64,000 bases of DNA from Octopus vulgaris (GCA_951406725.2 OX597837.1:18972001-19036000), one strand, 5' to 3'. Counted from the stretch's first letter, positions 40,365-54,335 are shown. Made by a program: numbers and translations. The notes: a model not told the origin generated them from the letters alone.

Positions 40365-41823
40365 GTCAGTTTGGTTTGTTGTTTTCAAATGTTTTCTCAG
40401 TAAATTCCCTCTGAGAGCACCTTTATCAATTTCTCTTATTCAATCTCAGGTCAGTTGATTACACTGTATAACAAAATGTTTGTCCTTGAGTAGCAATTGT
40501 CATTTCCTATTTGCTTACCCCTAGAAAGTATGTGAAATGGCTAATATTTCCTTCAAACTTTGCTTTTCTCAAATTTATTCAAACCCTTATGAATCCCTCT
40601 CAACACATGGTTATGATGCTCTCCAACTACTCCTGCTCATGATCAGAGATGCATATACTGACAGCCATTAAGGAACATACTCAAGTAGTTAAGGTCATGC
40701 AACTGACAAGCAAATCTGTGGTATGGAGCAGAATATTTGCTTCAGCAACTCCACTGAATCTGTCTGAAATGTAATGGAAAATAGGTCAGTTTCAAAACAT
40801 TGATGTCCAAGTCACGAAAGCAAAGTTTGAAGGGAATGGTAGTCATTTCCTCTGATTTCTAGATAGAAGCAAATAGGAAATAACACTTACTAACCAAAGA
40901 CAAAAAAAAATAATAAAAATTTTGTTACTCAGTGTTGCATGAGGTATTTAAGCTGTGACCATCTCATCTATTTTAAGATATAGTATATGGAGGACTACAT
41001 TATCAATTATGACTTTTTTAAAGAATGAGATTTGGTTGCTCTATTTAGCTGGTCAAGCAACTATGTAGCCATGTAGAAGCTCCCCTGTTGAACACTGTGA
41101 CCACCTGACATACACCGATGTCACCTTACATAGGAGTATAGGAGAATTTTGTTAGACAGTGATATAACAGACCTGACCAGACAAGACCAGACAATTGTGT
41201 CATTTGCTACGAAACAACTCTCTCTCTCTCTCTCCTCCTCTCCATTAGTGGTTGGTGTAAAAGTCATTGTGAGCTCTGAGATACTTAAAAAAGATATCAA
41301 TTTACCTCTTGTGGTTAAGGTAGTGAGCTGGCAGAATCATTAGCACGCCGGGTGAAATGCTTAGCAGTATTTCAACTGTCTTTATGTTCTGAGTTCAAAT
41401 TCCACCGAAGTCAACTTTGCCTTTCATCTTTTTGGAGTTAATAAAATAAGTACCACTTAAGTACTGGAGGTCACTGTAATTGACTTACCTCCTCCCCAAA
41501 ATTTGCTGACCAAGTGCCAAAATTTGAAAGCAATTTACATGTGTGGTTGGTGAATTGACAGAGTCACTAAGCCTTTTCCTACCAAATTGCTTGAGACCAC
41601 CCCTAGTTCTATGGTACACACTTCAGTACAAAGCGTTTTTAATCACTAGTGTTGTTTTTTAATATTTTGTCAGCTCTGACGATTTTGGTTATTATTATAG
41701 GGCATAATGGGCCCTAACTGAAATGAAAAGTAAAGGGGTTTTTTTTGTCTTTCAAATGATGTATGTGTTAGATTTTACTTGGAAATATTTTCTTTGTTTC
41801 AATGTATCTGCATTTCTGTTCAG

Positions 41824-41961
41824 GCCCAGGAGGTACTCCACGTCCTATTGAATTACATTCCCATGATCCTCTGCGCTATGTTGGAGATATGTTGGCATGG
41901 CTGCACCAAGCTGCTGCATCGGAGAAAGAATACCTGCAAACTCTGATCAAATCCTGCAAAC
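41824..41961 (+). CDS. COG6: COG6 exon 10
   Basis: gttcAG / (G)[45 protein letters not shown] / GTAAGT; 138 nt; contains the COG6 signature [24 protein letters not shown]. Confidence 0.97.
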
Positions 41962-43399
41962 GTAAGTGCCTATACTTTACCGATTATTGCAAGACAGTTG
42001 GGGAGAGTGTTGTTTTTGTTATGGTTCAACCTAGGGTCAGTCATAATACAGCAGACTTATGATCAAAAGCATTTTCTCTATAATCATTCTGGGGCTTTTT
42101 TTTTCACTGGCATAGTGTATCCCAGAATAAATTAGTTAATGGGATTTTGCTTTTGAATATAATTGAATGTGGTTTGAGGACAATTTGACTGCTATTTCTG
42201 AAATGTCATGCAAACACATAAAGGCTCCTCTGTTGCTAGATTTTTGGCTTTCATCATTCAGTGTTTTTAATATCAATACCAGTAACATACTAGTGTTGAT
42301 TGTACCTTACTGCTTTCAGAAGGAATGGAGACATTGCATCTTGTTGTCTAAGATACACTATGACTGAAAAAATAGGACAATCAAGGTTGAAGTTTTTTTT
42401 ATCATAAGGTCTGCTCAGTTACAGCCAACCAGGGATTAAACAACAAGACCCTGGCTATTCTATTGGGGCTCAAGTGACATATTATTTAAGTCAGGGATTT
42501 CTAACCCCTCTTTTGCCAAACACTCACCAAAAGCTTGTGAATACTTACTACTGGTCTCACCTTTCACCTTTATGTGATAAAAGTTATTATACATTATTAT
42601 GTCTCAGCCCTTGAAACATGAGCAGCATTTAATTCAGGTTTTCATGCGAACTATAAATGTTAAGTATTCCTATACTGAGGATCTCTCCTGGTGAAAACAT
42701 ATCCTCAACATAGCAAAAACTGCACCACAATGAATGACTTTCGTCATGAGGACCAGAAAATTCTTCAGCCCCCCAACAATTACTAACTTTTACAAAGCTC
42801 ATGTGAAATCCACTACAGAATTCTACTCTCACATGTAGGTGCTGCTGCTAAACACAACCCCTTCAACCTCTGCTCTACTAATATGTCTCCTTCCCCTTTC
42901 TCAGTGTTTCTTAGCCTGTTTTCCCTCAGGCCCCACTATAACTTTCCAGGAAAATATATGCCCCACCAATGGTTGGAAATAAACAACTTTATTTTTAATA
43001 TTTCATAATTATACACTTTCCTTAAAGAAATATCCACACCAGGGCATTAGAATGACACTATACTGTAGCGAACAATCTTCACACAGTATGCTTGACTGGA
43101 GAGATTGGTTTGACTGAGCTGAATATGAATGTAATATGTTTGTTGTGAAAAAAAACAAGAAAAAGATTTTCACAATTCCATATCACTAAAAACAAAAAGA
43201 AAAAGAAATTTTGGATTGCATGCCCCACTACAATTTTCCCAGGCCCGACTGGTGTGGCATATGCACCACATTAGGAATCACTGCTCTATCTTTTCTCCTA
43301 CTATCACTACCACAGAGGCTCCCTGACCCTCTGAACTGGCTAGGCTTATGCCACTCCCATTCCAGCATTCTCAATATACTCGTATCTCTTCGTCACATC

Positions 43400-43830
43400 T
43401 GCCAGCAGCATTCAACGCAGGAGAAACTTGGAAAATGGCTGCTAAAATTACTCAGAGGTTGTATACATTCCACCAGCAATGTCTATTTAGAATACTGAAG
43501 ATCATTTACAGAGACAGAGTCACAAACTCTGAAGTTATGAGAAGAGCCAAACTATGAAATCTGCATAAGACTGGTGGAAAGAAGAGCAAGACTTGCAGGT
43601 CATGCTTTCTGAATGCCAGAAGGATGAATACTCCAAGACAACGATGTAATAGGTACTGCCAGAGAGATAAAAGAAGAGTGAGAAGACTCAAGAAGATATG
43701 GCATGCCACCTTCAAAAAAGATGTACAGCATCTTTAGCATCACCTGGGAAGATGCAGGTGACTCTGCTCAAAACTAAGATGATGGAAGATGTCTTGTTGC
43801 TCGATGTACAGGCTAACTGTAGGGGAAGAA
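43400..43830 (+). mobile_element. RTE-like LINE 3' fragment (second family)
   Basis: GETWKM..RLYTFHQQCLFRILKIIYRDRVTNSEVMRRA. Confidence 0.7.
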
Positions 43831-44920
43831 GTAAGATTCAGACAAAGACTTCCTCCCATTTACATTCTGTCTAACCTTCCTACCAACCGCTGATGACAAT
43901 GGCCTTTGATTCTAGAATGTTGGTTTTCTCTTCTAGATTTCTTTTCCTGGATATGGACAAGTATTATTTTAAAAAACTGAACTTTGAACTTGAAATAGAA
44001 ATGTGGTAATAAGACACAGGGAAAAGAACCAAAAAATGAGAAAGTTGAAAAGAGCAAATATGAAAAATATTTATTTGGGTATGATCAGATGCATTCAAAT
44101 AGTAGCCATCCCAGCTTTTATTCAGATATAGTGTATCTAGGACTACATTATCTAATGTGATTTTAATTTTGTAAGATGGTAGAGTGTGGTTCAAGGGAGA
44201 TTTGATTGCTATTTCTCACAGGTCAAGTGATCTGTGTTTCAGGGTACAAATGTCTGTGGAATATTCAGCTTCATACCTGCAATGAGATGATAGTTCTGTT
44301 TATTGAATAACTGGAATGTTGATTTATTTACCTACTTTCTATAAGGAGACAAATGATCAGCATCAACTCAAGGGAAGAGAGAAATCTTTAGTCTTGGCAG
44401 AGACAAAACAACTTCCCTGTTGCTGGTCAATGAATGGGAACAATGCAGGGATGCGGAGTCTTGCTGTAGAAGAGACCACCTCAATAGTGTTGATGAATGA
44501 ATAATGACTGAATGACTGGAAATGATGTGGAGCAGAGAGAGTCCTTTTGTCTTGTTAGAAACAAGACAACATCTGTAATGCTGGTGCACCAAGTACACTC
44601 TGTACTATGGCTGGTGACTGGAAGAGCATCCAGCTGTAGAAACTGTGCCAAGGGAAAATAGAAAGTAGGAATGTGACATGGACCTTGATCCATCCTGGAA
44701 AGGAAGTAATTCCATATAAGAACTAACCTGGACTATGATGATCCATCCAATGCATATCAACATGGAAAAGCAGCGGTAAAATGATGATGATGTTGGTGGT
44801 GGTGATGATGTTGATATCTGTGTAACATGTATGTTAAATGATACTAATACAAGACAATCAAATGCCAAAAATATTAAAGATAATACAAAATAATGTCTCC
44901 TTTTTCTATCACCATTTTAG

Positions 44921-44985
44921 CTGACTCTGAATTAATCCAGAAAATTCTGGGACATATTACTGAAGGTGTATGCCGTCCTTTTAAG
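44921..44985 (+). CDS. COG6: COG6 exon 11
   Basis: ttttAG / (P)DSELIQKILGHITEGVCRPFK / GTAAAT; 65 nt. Confidence 0.94.
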
Positions 44986-45294
44986 GTAAATATCATCTCT
45001 TGTTTTGTTATATATAAGACTGATAGAATAACTGCCACATTTAATAAGTAAGTGCTGGAGTTGAACTGTTTAACTAAACCTTTAAAGGTGGTGCTCCAGC
45101 ATGGCTGCACTCCAATGACTTGAAACAAAAAAAAATATAAAAATAAAAGTAAATCAACAAATATTCAGATTTGAACCCCCAAACCTTATCTTCTGCCTGA
45201 AGGCCCTACTTAAGGGTCACACCCTTCAAACAGGTTGTTGTGCTCTCTTTTTCTATCTTCTCTATTTGTAACTCTCATTTATCTTCTCTTCCAG

Positions 45295-45386
45295 GTGCGT
45301 GTTGACCAAGTCTTAGCTGCTGAACAGGATGCTGTAGTGTTAAATAAACTGAATAACTTGCTCAAGTTTTACCATAATACCGTAAA
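45295..45386 (+). CDS. COG6: COG6 exon 12
   Basis: ttccAG / VRVDQVLAAEQDAVVLNKLNNLLKFYHNTV / GTGAGT; 92 nt. Confidence 0.94.
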
Positions 45387-46259
45387 GTGAGTAGAGGTTA
45401 TTATTTTTTGTGTGTGTGTGTGTGTTGTCATTGTTGTTATTTTTATTATTATTGAGAGCTGGTTGAAGTGTAACAGCATCAGGAAAATGCTTTGCAGTAT
45501 TTGTTCTGACTTTTTCGATTCTTAATTCAAATTCTGCTGATGTCAACTTTGCCTTTCATTTTTTAGGGGTCATCAAAATAAGTATCAATTGAGTGCTGGA
45601 TGGATGCTTGTTGCATATCCTCTTTGATTTTGACACTAACATAATAAAGTGATATTGTTAGATGATATTGATATAATTATACAGAGTGGTGTATCTTGCT
45701 TAAGGTTTAACACTTTTATATATATAAAAAAGACAAAAACATGTTATTTTCGGATATTGACAAAAAGCTATACATTTTGTGTGGGGTGGGGCTATAATTG
45801 ATTATATTGATCATAGTGCTTGACTTTTTTTAATATTATCAATCCCAGAAGGAGAAAAATTCAAATTCAACTCCCATGGAATTTGAACTTAAACCATATA
45901 AGAATAATGATTTTCAACATTGGCATGAGGCCACAAATTCTGGGTGATGTTGGGATTAATTGATTATATTGATCTCGGTATATGACTAGTCCTTATTTGA
46001 TTGCATGAAAGGCAAAGTTGATCTTAGCTGGATTTGAACTCCAAAATGTAAAATAATAGTTTTGAATTTAAGGGAATTACATCAACCCAAGTGTTTGACT
46101 TGTATTTATTGGAATTCAGTGGAATTTGAACTCATAGCCAGAAGAAATGACTCTAAGCATTTTGTCCGATTTGCTAACGATTCTGCCAGCTCATCACCAA
46201 CCACAATATATTGCAGTGTGAGGGTTTTTCTCCATGGAGATTTGTGTTTTTTATTGCAG

Positions 46260-46374
46260 GCAAATTCTTGGTGATTCAGCTTCATTGACAATTACAGTTG
46301 AAGAAATGGCCACCCTTAGTCACCAGATGTTCTTTAACAGTCTTAATTGTCATGCTAGTAAACTGCTTGACAAG
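46260..46374 (+). CDS. COG6: COG6 exon 13 (followed by a GC donor)
   Basis: ttgcAG / (K)QILGDSASLTITVEEMATLSHQMFFNSLNCHASKLLDK / GCAAGT; 115 nt; frame with exon 14 requires the GC donor. Confidence 0.9.
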
Positions 46375-46749
46375 GCAAGTTTAGTCTTGAAACTATTTTA
46401 TTGTTGTTGTTGCTGTTTATATCCTCCACTGTCCAGATCAAGTAGACCTGTAGTCAAAGGTGTTCTGTGGCCATCCTATTTTATTTTTAGCCATAGTATA
46501 CCTTGGTGTACATTATCCAGTATGTTCTTCTCTGTATTTTAAAAACAGTTGTGAGGTGTTTGGAGGGAAATTTGACTGCTGTTTTTATCAGATCCTGGTG
46601 GCTCCTAATCTGGTGTATTGTTGATTAGCTGTGTCAGCCTTAATTGAGTACACTTATGATCAGACATTCCAACCATGATCATCCTGTCTTTTTTATATTT
46701 AAATATTGTGTAATCTGGTTGTCTGTTTTCCTACTTATTAGGACTTTAG

Positions 46750-47370
46750 TCTTTGCTGAATCAACTCTAAGGCCCTTTGATTCCAGGCCTTGCTTCCTTA
46801 CCTGAAATTTCTTTTCTAGAGTGTTAGTGGTTCAACGATAAGAACAAGTTCATCACAGTAGAGGAGCTCTCAAGGCCAGTCTGTTTCAAATTCCTCTGTT
46901 ATAGCCTGGAGGACTGTGATAAACAAGGGTGTATTGAGAACCAATCCCTGATGGACTCCTACTTGTACACTAAGCTCCTTGCTACACTTATTGGTGACTC
47001 TCACCTTACTGACATCTCTGTACATGGCTTGTATGGTTGTCACTAACCACTCACCTATCCCTAGCTTCTGCATTCCCCACCAGATAAGGGAGTGGAGGAC
47101 CCTGTCAAAGGCTTTCTCCATGTTAACAAATGCCAAATACAGGGGTTTATTTTTGACCAAGTACTTACCTTGCAGTTTCCTCACCAAGAAAATAGCATCA
47201 GTAGTGCCTCTCTGTGGTACAAATCCAAACTGCATCTCATCTAGGCTAACTCTCTTCCTAATTCATTGAGTTATGACTCTTTCTGTAACTTCCGTCACCT
47301 GGTCCAGCAATTTGATGCCTCTTTAATTATTTCTATCTAAGTCATCGCCTCTGCATTTGTAGTAGTTACA
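46750..47370 (-). mobile_element. RTE-clade LINE RT fragment
   Basis: MQFGFVPQRGTTDAIF, AFVNMEKAFDRV, VGVHQGLVL. Confidence 0.9.
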
Positions 47371-47479
47371 CCTCTACTGTAACAACAAACATTATAACTA
47401 TATTGCCACTAGCACCCCCTCCAACCATGCTACTTCCTTCAACCCCTGTTATAATGACTGTTTTGCATTCTGTTCACAG

Positions 47480-47611
47480 GTAGAACTGCCGCCCCCTGAT
47501 CTTGGACCCACTTCATCATTGAAAGAATCTCTACAACTTCTGCGAGATGTTCTGGCATGTCAAGATGCCTCAGTAGTTCCATTGGACAACAAAAAACAGG
47601 ATTTCAAACAA
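47480..47611 (+). CDS. COG6: COG6 exon 14
   Basis: tcacAG / [44 protein letters not shown] / GTAACA; 132 nt. Confidence 0.95.
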
Positions 47612-48524
47612 GTAACAACCCTTTTTTGTCATTCTTTGAAATCTGTTTTATTTATTTTATTTTTAAAATTTTGTTGTGGGCAAACAACACTGCCATTGTT
47701 CATTGTATTTTATGTCTGTATTACTCAGTACAGAACAAATACCACTTAAGACTTGTGATTTGAAAGGCTTTAGTTTTAGGTTGATATGCAGATGTTGATA
47801 GACATTGAAATATACATTCTTCCACTGATTCATTCCTCCCTTATTCCTTGTCCATTTAATCATCCATCTGCCGGCCCACCTGTCCATCCATCCACCCGTC
47901 CTCATCAAACCCTCCCTCCCACGTACATGTCACATTTCAAGCCCCAACAAATGTTGGACTCTACAAAATTCTAGTGAAGCCCATGATAATGAAGTATTGT
48001 TTCCATATCTCATCTGCTTCTTCCACCATTGAGGGTCTTTGGGTGTTGACTGCATTTAGTCTGGGTCCTTGTCTTCAACTTTGCCACCTAGGGTGGCCCT
48101 ACCTACCAGGAATTTAGAACTCCTGATAGCATTACTCTCAGTCATTGATCCAGCGGATGAAGGGGGTTGCACATGACGGACATACAACAGAAAGTGTCAC
48201 TCAAAACCAGGTCAGCAGCAGTTCCATAACTGGATCCTACATGTCTCATTCTATGTGCTGCAGAGGAAGGACATGAAGTGGCAAGTTGAGGTCCACCTTA
48301 AACGAATCTATGCCATTGGCCCTTTCTTCTACCAATGATGATGACAGTTTCCATATCTGGCATAGTGTTACTGCTATACTTACAGACATCCTGGCCTGTG
48401 TCCAGAGACTGGTCACTTTAATGATTGACATATAGTCACCCTCTGACATGCTCCAGCCCCTGGCCTGCAGACATGCTGTTTCTTCTCTTGGCTTTTTCTA
48501 CAGGTGTTATAATATCCTCTATTT

Positions 48525-48845
48525 CTTGGCTCAGTAATTAGAGTGTTCAGGTCACAATCATGAGGTAGTGAGTTCGATTCCCAGTGTGTTGTGTTCATGA
48601 ACAAGACACTTTATTTCACGTTGCTCCAGTTCACTCAGGTGTAGGAACGAGTTGCGACATCACAGGTGCCAAGCTGTATTGGCCCCTTTGCCTTTCTTTT
48701 GGATAACATTGGTGGTGTGGAGAGGGGAGGCTGGTATGCATGGGTGACTGCTGGTCTTCCATAAACAACCTTGCCTGGACTTGTACTTTAGAGGGTAACT
48801 TTCTAGGTGCAATCCCATGGTCATTCATGACCAAAGGGGTACTTA
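48525..48845 (+). mobile_element. tRNA-derived SINE (same family as 17003)
   Basis: B box GAGTTCGATTCCC and shared body. Confidence 0.8.
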
Positions 48846-49051
48846 TACTGTCGGTCTTTTTTGCAGAACTGCTAAGTTAACGGGACATAAACACATCAAC
48901 ACCAGTTGTCAAGTGGTGGGGGAAACAAAGACACACACACACATGTGCATATTTACTATGGGCTTCTTTCAGTTTCTGTCTATCAAGCCCATTCATAAGG
49001 CTTTGGTCAGGCTGAGGTTATAGTAGAAGATACTTGAGTGTGTGCGGTTGT

Positions 49052-49083
<32 letters not shown>

Positions 49084-49350
49084 GCAGTTGTGTGTGTTTG
49101 TGTGTGTGTGTGTGCAGTTGTGTGTGTATGTGTGTGTGCGCGTGCGCATGCGTACTTTTTTATTCTTGTAATTGGCAGAAAGTTACCAAACAATTGACTA
49201 CAGGGTTGAGAGTTTCGTGCATAGAACTTTATCAAACTGACTTGAAATCTGAGAATTTGTTTCTTATACCGAGTGACTTATAATTCTTTATGGAATGTTT
49301 GATTTACAGCTCAGTGCTGCTCTAACTTTCATGCATGTTTCTTGTTTCAG

Positions 49351-49518
49351 GTTCTCTCCTGTGTTGTTGACCCAGTACTACAGATGTGTTCAGTGTCTGC
49401 CAGCAGGTTAAATACAGTTGATATGGCAGCTTATATGACCAACTGTATATACCTCACGCAAAATGCTCTTGCTGTTTACCATTTCACAGACAGTAGACTG
49501 GAGATGCTGCAGGCTCAG
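49351..49518 (+). CDS. COG6: COG6 exon 15
   Basis: tttcAG / VLSCVVDPVLQMCSVSASRLNTVDMAAYMTNCIYLTQNALAVYHFTDSRLEMLQAQ / GTAAGG; 168 nt. Confidence 0.96.
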
Positions 49519-50179
49519 GTAAGGTTTTCTCTCAATGTTGTGGACGGCATTCATTTTCTTATTAACATTTCTCATTTATGTCCTCTTCAGATTTTCACTT
49601 ATATACTTCCATTTAAATAGGACCCCTATTTTTCCTTCATGCCAATCCTCATAAATATCGTCATATTTGTCATCCTGAATTCAGTCTAGAGTATCTTGCT
49701 TTACTGGTCTGATGTGAATGAAGAAGAAATGTTCAGAGAAACAAATTCAGTTTTTCTTTCCTAGTTTTAATTCTAATGTCATTTTATTCAGTAGCCTCGC
49801 TATTTTCAAGCTAAGTGTTAAATATTATTGAAGTTAATTAATCTTGGTTAAAATATGCTGTTTTCACCTTTTAGTTTTGTTTGAGTCTTTTATTTGGCTT
49901 CCCTTGTTATGTTTTTGGCATGGGGCAGCCATCCTACTTGGTCATTCATGGTGCATCCTCCTATCCCTTCCCCACTGCCTATACTAGAAGTTTTTCTCCT
50001 GGAACTTTCTCTACCTCTCTCACTGCTATTTTAACTTATGTAAGCAATGGTCTCTACCACACTCTCTTCCCCTGGTAGGCGTGACAGATGTGAAGCAAAT
50101 AAGTAACAGTAAATTAAACACAGGTTGAAGCGTATATAAACTTATATATGTCTGGCAAATATCCTTGCAAATCTTTTTA

Positions 50180-51470
50180 GGCACAGAATGCTGTCCCTCC
50201 ATTCCTGTGTTCCCTCTTACCATTCCTTCCTCACCCTTAGAGTTGGCATGCTCAACTTGGGCACATTGAAAGTTAGGTCTGGTGAGATTGTTAAGATGCT
50301 GGAATGGTGGCATGTAGATGTATGTTGCACCCAAGATGTAAGGTGGAAAGGAGCTTCTGTCAGGTTCTTCACAGAGAAAGAGCATAGGTATAAAATCTGG
50401 GTAGGCAATAATGATGGGGTCGATGGTGTGGGCATGCTTCTTGCAGAGAAGTGGGTTGATAGGGCAATTAAGGTAGTCTGAGTGTGTGAAAGGATAATTA
50501 AGCTTAGACTAGTTTTGCAAAGTGGGACAGCAACTATTATTTCTGCCTATGTCCCTCAACTGGGGCTACCAAATGAACAGAAAGACCAATTTTATGACAT
50601 ACTTTTGAAGACTACCTTGACAACAAATGACAATGACCTTCTCTTTGTGGCTGGTGACTTCAATAGATGTGTTGGACATCAAGGTGGCTTCCATGGCATG
50701 CGTGGCGGCAATGGATTTGGTTCCTGAAAGGAGGAGGGAACCAAGCTGCTGAAGTTCTGTGACCTTATGATCTGCAATCCTAACTTCAGGGAACCAGCCA
50801 GCTACCTGTTCACCTTTTAATCTGGTGGACACACAAACCAGATTGACTACATTCTCACCAGAAAATGAGACAAACAGTTGCTTACACATGAAAAGACCTT
50901 CCCAGGTGAAGAGTGCTTCCCTCAACATAGGTTGGTTGTTAATGACTTCAGTCTCTGCTCTCTCGTCTGGTGGCCAATGTGGAAGCTAGGGATAGATGAG
51001 TGGTTGGTAAGCACTGTGCAATTCATGTACAGAGATGGTGTCAGTAAGGTGAGTGTCGACAACGAGTATAGCAATGAATTTAGTCTACAAGTAAGTGTTC
51101 ACCAAGGATCGATTTTCATCCCCTTCTTGTTTATCCTAGTCCTCCAGGCCATAACAGACGAATTCAAGACTGGCTACCAATGGGAGCTCCTTTACACTGA
51201 TGACATTGTTCTGGTAGCTGAATCACTATATGAAGCAGAGAGGAAACTTCAGGTGTGGAAGCTATATCTGTAATCTAAGGGTATTAGAGTTAGTTTAGCA
51301 AAGGCCAATGTCCTTGTAAATAGGAAAACAGACAAATTACAAATCCCTTCAGGGAAATGGCCCTGCTCAGTATGTCAGAAAAGCATTGGTTGAAAATCTA
51401 TATGGTCTACCCAGCACAAGCTATGGATACATTAGAAGTGATGCAGTATCTCAGAAAGATTAACATAAAG
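50180..51470 (+). mobile_element. RTE-clade LINE with internal deletion (endonuclease joined to RT 3' part)
   Basis: LRVGMLNLGTL, CTQDVRWKG, ISAYVPQ, AGDFN, QIDYIL, QHRLVV, then SVHQGS, ELLYTDDIVL. Confidence 0.9.
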
Positions 51471-51846
51471 ATTAACATTGCCGAAAGTAATGAAAATCTG
51501 TTTGTTTAAATAGACACACACAGTCATGTATCAATTATGCAGTCATGTTTTATGTGTGGTAGACTTGATCTACTACCTATCTCTTTGGTGCCTCGAGACG
51601 GAGTAGATTCTGTTGCAAGCATTTTGGCTGAAGTCTCCAGTTTGAGGACAGATTCTTCCATTCCTTCACCAGTCTTAGAGGCTGTGCAGTCCTTCCCTCT
51701 TTCAGTAAACTTTGTGATTATATTCACACAATTTGAATATAATCACTATTTCCTGAAGGTTTTCTCATCCTGTTGTTCACCTGAATTCATTAATTAATAT
51801 ACTTAAAGCAATTTATTTTATTGTAGTTTGTTTTATATTATTTCAG

Positions 51847-51954
51847 ATCGATGCCCAAGTTGATACATTGGTCAGTGAACAGGCGGCTTTCATTCTTAAC
51901 CGAGTGGACCTTGCTCATGTTTATAGTACAATTCAAAGCTATGAATCAAGCCAG
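51847..51954 (+). CDS. COG6: COG6 exon 16
   Basis: tttcAG / IDAQVDTLVSEQAAFILNRVDLAHVYSTIQSYESSQ / GTCTGT; 108 nt. Confidence 0.93.
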
Positions 51955-52533
51955 GTCTGTTTCGTGTTTCATTATTTTCACTAATTACATTGCAACCTAA
52001 TCAAGACCAATATATTTTGCTTTAATTTTACATTATTTTAGGTTTGAAATTGATAAAAGTGATATAATTATTTGTGATTTGCTTTACATATAGGTAAAAC
52101 CTGTTTCATCACATTTAATATTATTTAGTAATATATATTACAGGTGTGCCTGGTGTTGATAGAGGATGAGGGGAGGCTGTACTCAATACCAGTGCAGTAT
52201 TGTTGCTGTTTAGTTTGAACTTTTCTCAGTTGCAGCTTGTAGGAAGAATATGGTTAGGAAGTGAATTCCAGAGGACTGTGATTAGTTTTGGGTGGGGTGG
52301 GAGAAGAATAATGATGAGACATTATGTGGTTGAGAGGTTAGAGTTGAGAGAGATACTTGATAGAGTGGGATGAGACAAGTGTAGGATGCAATTTGCTACT
52401 TCAGTGGAGCAAAGATTGTTGTAGTAGTGATAATAGAGGAGGCAAGGAGAATAGCTCAGTGAGCGTGTGATTGCACAGCTATTACTCAGTGAACTTTTGT
52501 CAATCAGATGGATGTCCTTTTGCAGGATGCACT

Positions 52534-52748
52534 TTGACCCTTTAGCATTTGGGTTACTCTGTCAAATGTAAGATTTTTTATTCACAGTGTTCTGATTTAA
52601 TCATGCATTGTCTTGTAGCTTTTAGATTTTGATGATGTCATTGTTTATTTTTAGAATGATATTGTAGGGTAGGTGTGAGGGGTCAGACCTGGTTGGTTTG
52701 AACATAGAACACAGCTAGATATGACTGCTTTAAATGCTAAAGGGTTAA
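52534..52748. mobile_element. piggyBac-type MITE (related copy at 58831-59045)
   Basis: ttga-CCCTTTAGCATT ... AATGCTAAAGGG-ttaa: CCC/GGG ends with a TTAA-like target site. Confidence 0.75.
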
Positions 52749-54335
52749 CCTCAATACAGCTTTGACACAGTTGACCTTTGATTGAAGACACTTAGACCAT
52801 GATATACTTTATTTTTTAGCCATACACAAGTGTATCTAGGACTACATTATTCATTGTATGCTTCTTTTTTTAATACATTAGTTAAGATCTGAGGGATATC
52901 TGGTTGCTAATTCTTGCTGGTTGAGAAATTACATAGAGGCTTTCACGTGAGTTTTAGGATGTCAGCTAAGATGCTAGTGTGTGTAGTAAATCAACAGAGA
53001 TTTAGGGATTTGGCATTATTAGTGTCTTTAAGGGTGTTAGTTATGTTGGTCATATTTAGGGTAGGACTTATGACACAAGATGATTCCCTCAACATATTGT
53101 AATGATTGTGTGTTGGTACAGAGACAAGATGTACTAGGTTTGGCACCAACACTACAAGAATGGTTTTTGTGTCCTTGGCCAAACTAAAGGGTCCTCTCCA
53201 TATTGGGTTATCTCTACTTGTTCGTCAACAACATTACTGTGTGTACTGAATGCATTTTCTTGTAGTACCTGCAGGCCTTTACAAAAACCACTCATTTACC
53301 AACCATTTTACTGAGAGTCTTGAGTGTATTTTATTGTGCCACCAACACAGAGAAATGGCCATGTCCTTCACTAATTCAGAAGGTCGTCTTTACTCTCTCT
53401 TGTCTCTGCAAACATCACCGTCATCATTTAATGTCTGTTTTCCATGCTGATGTGGCTTGGACGGTTTGACATGAGCTGGTAAGCTGGAGGAGGGCTGCAC
53501 CAGGCTTCACTCTGTTTTGGCATGGTATCTACAGCTGGATGTCTTTAAACCTTTATAAATATTCTGTGAGGTTTCCAAGTAGGACCCACATTGGCATACT
53601 GATGCCACATCTGAAGTGAATACACAGATATTCTAGATTGCATCCCCACCCAGAAAGGTCACCCACCCGATTGATTAAATGTGTTTATGAGTTGCTCACT
53701 AACATGCTTAAACCTCTGACTCACAGACTTTCCTCATTCCACCTTTTCTGCTGCTATCGTAGTGTCTTTATCTTGCTGGTCCTGAACCAAACTCACCCTT
53801 GTAGGCCCTACACTAAGCACTGACTCCACTCTTTTCTCCAGCTCTCATGGTTGTTATTTTCGAGTGAGACATCAACTACATCAACCTTGCCTATCTTGAA
53901 AAGTCAGTGATAGTAATGGTTGCCACAACTTCCTTCTGGGCAAATCATTAAAAGTAATGTTCAAATTGTGATAGCTTGACAAACATTGGTTTCAAATTTT
54001 AGTACAAAGTCAGTAATTTCGGGGGACGGGGGTAAGTTGATGGCATCAACCCCAGTGCTTGACTGGTACTTATTTTATTGACCCTGAAAGGATCAAAGAC
54101 AGATGAAATACCACTGAAATGCCATTATGTATTTTGCACAGCATGCTAACAATTCTGCCAGCTCACTGCCTTTAATTCGACAACTCGATTCTATATTCAG
54201 TGTGTAATATGAGAAGATGATTTTTGAGGTTGAGTATCAGAGAAACTTCCATTTTAGTAGTAAGACCTGTTTCTATTTGAGTCCATTAACATTCTTGTTG
54301 AAATTTATTTGTGTATTTCTTTATCTCTTTTACAG

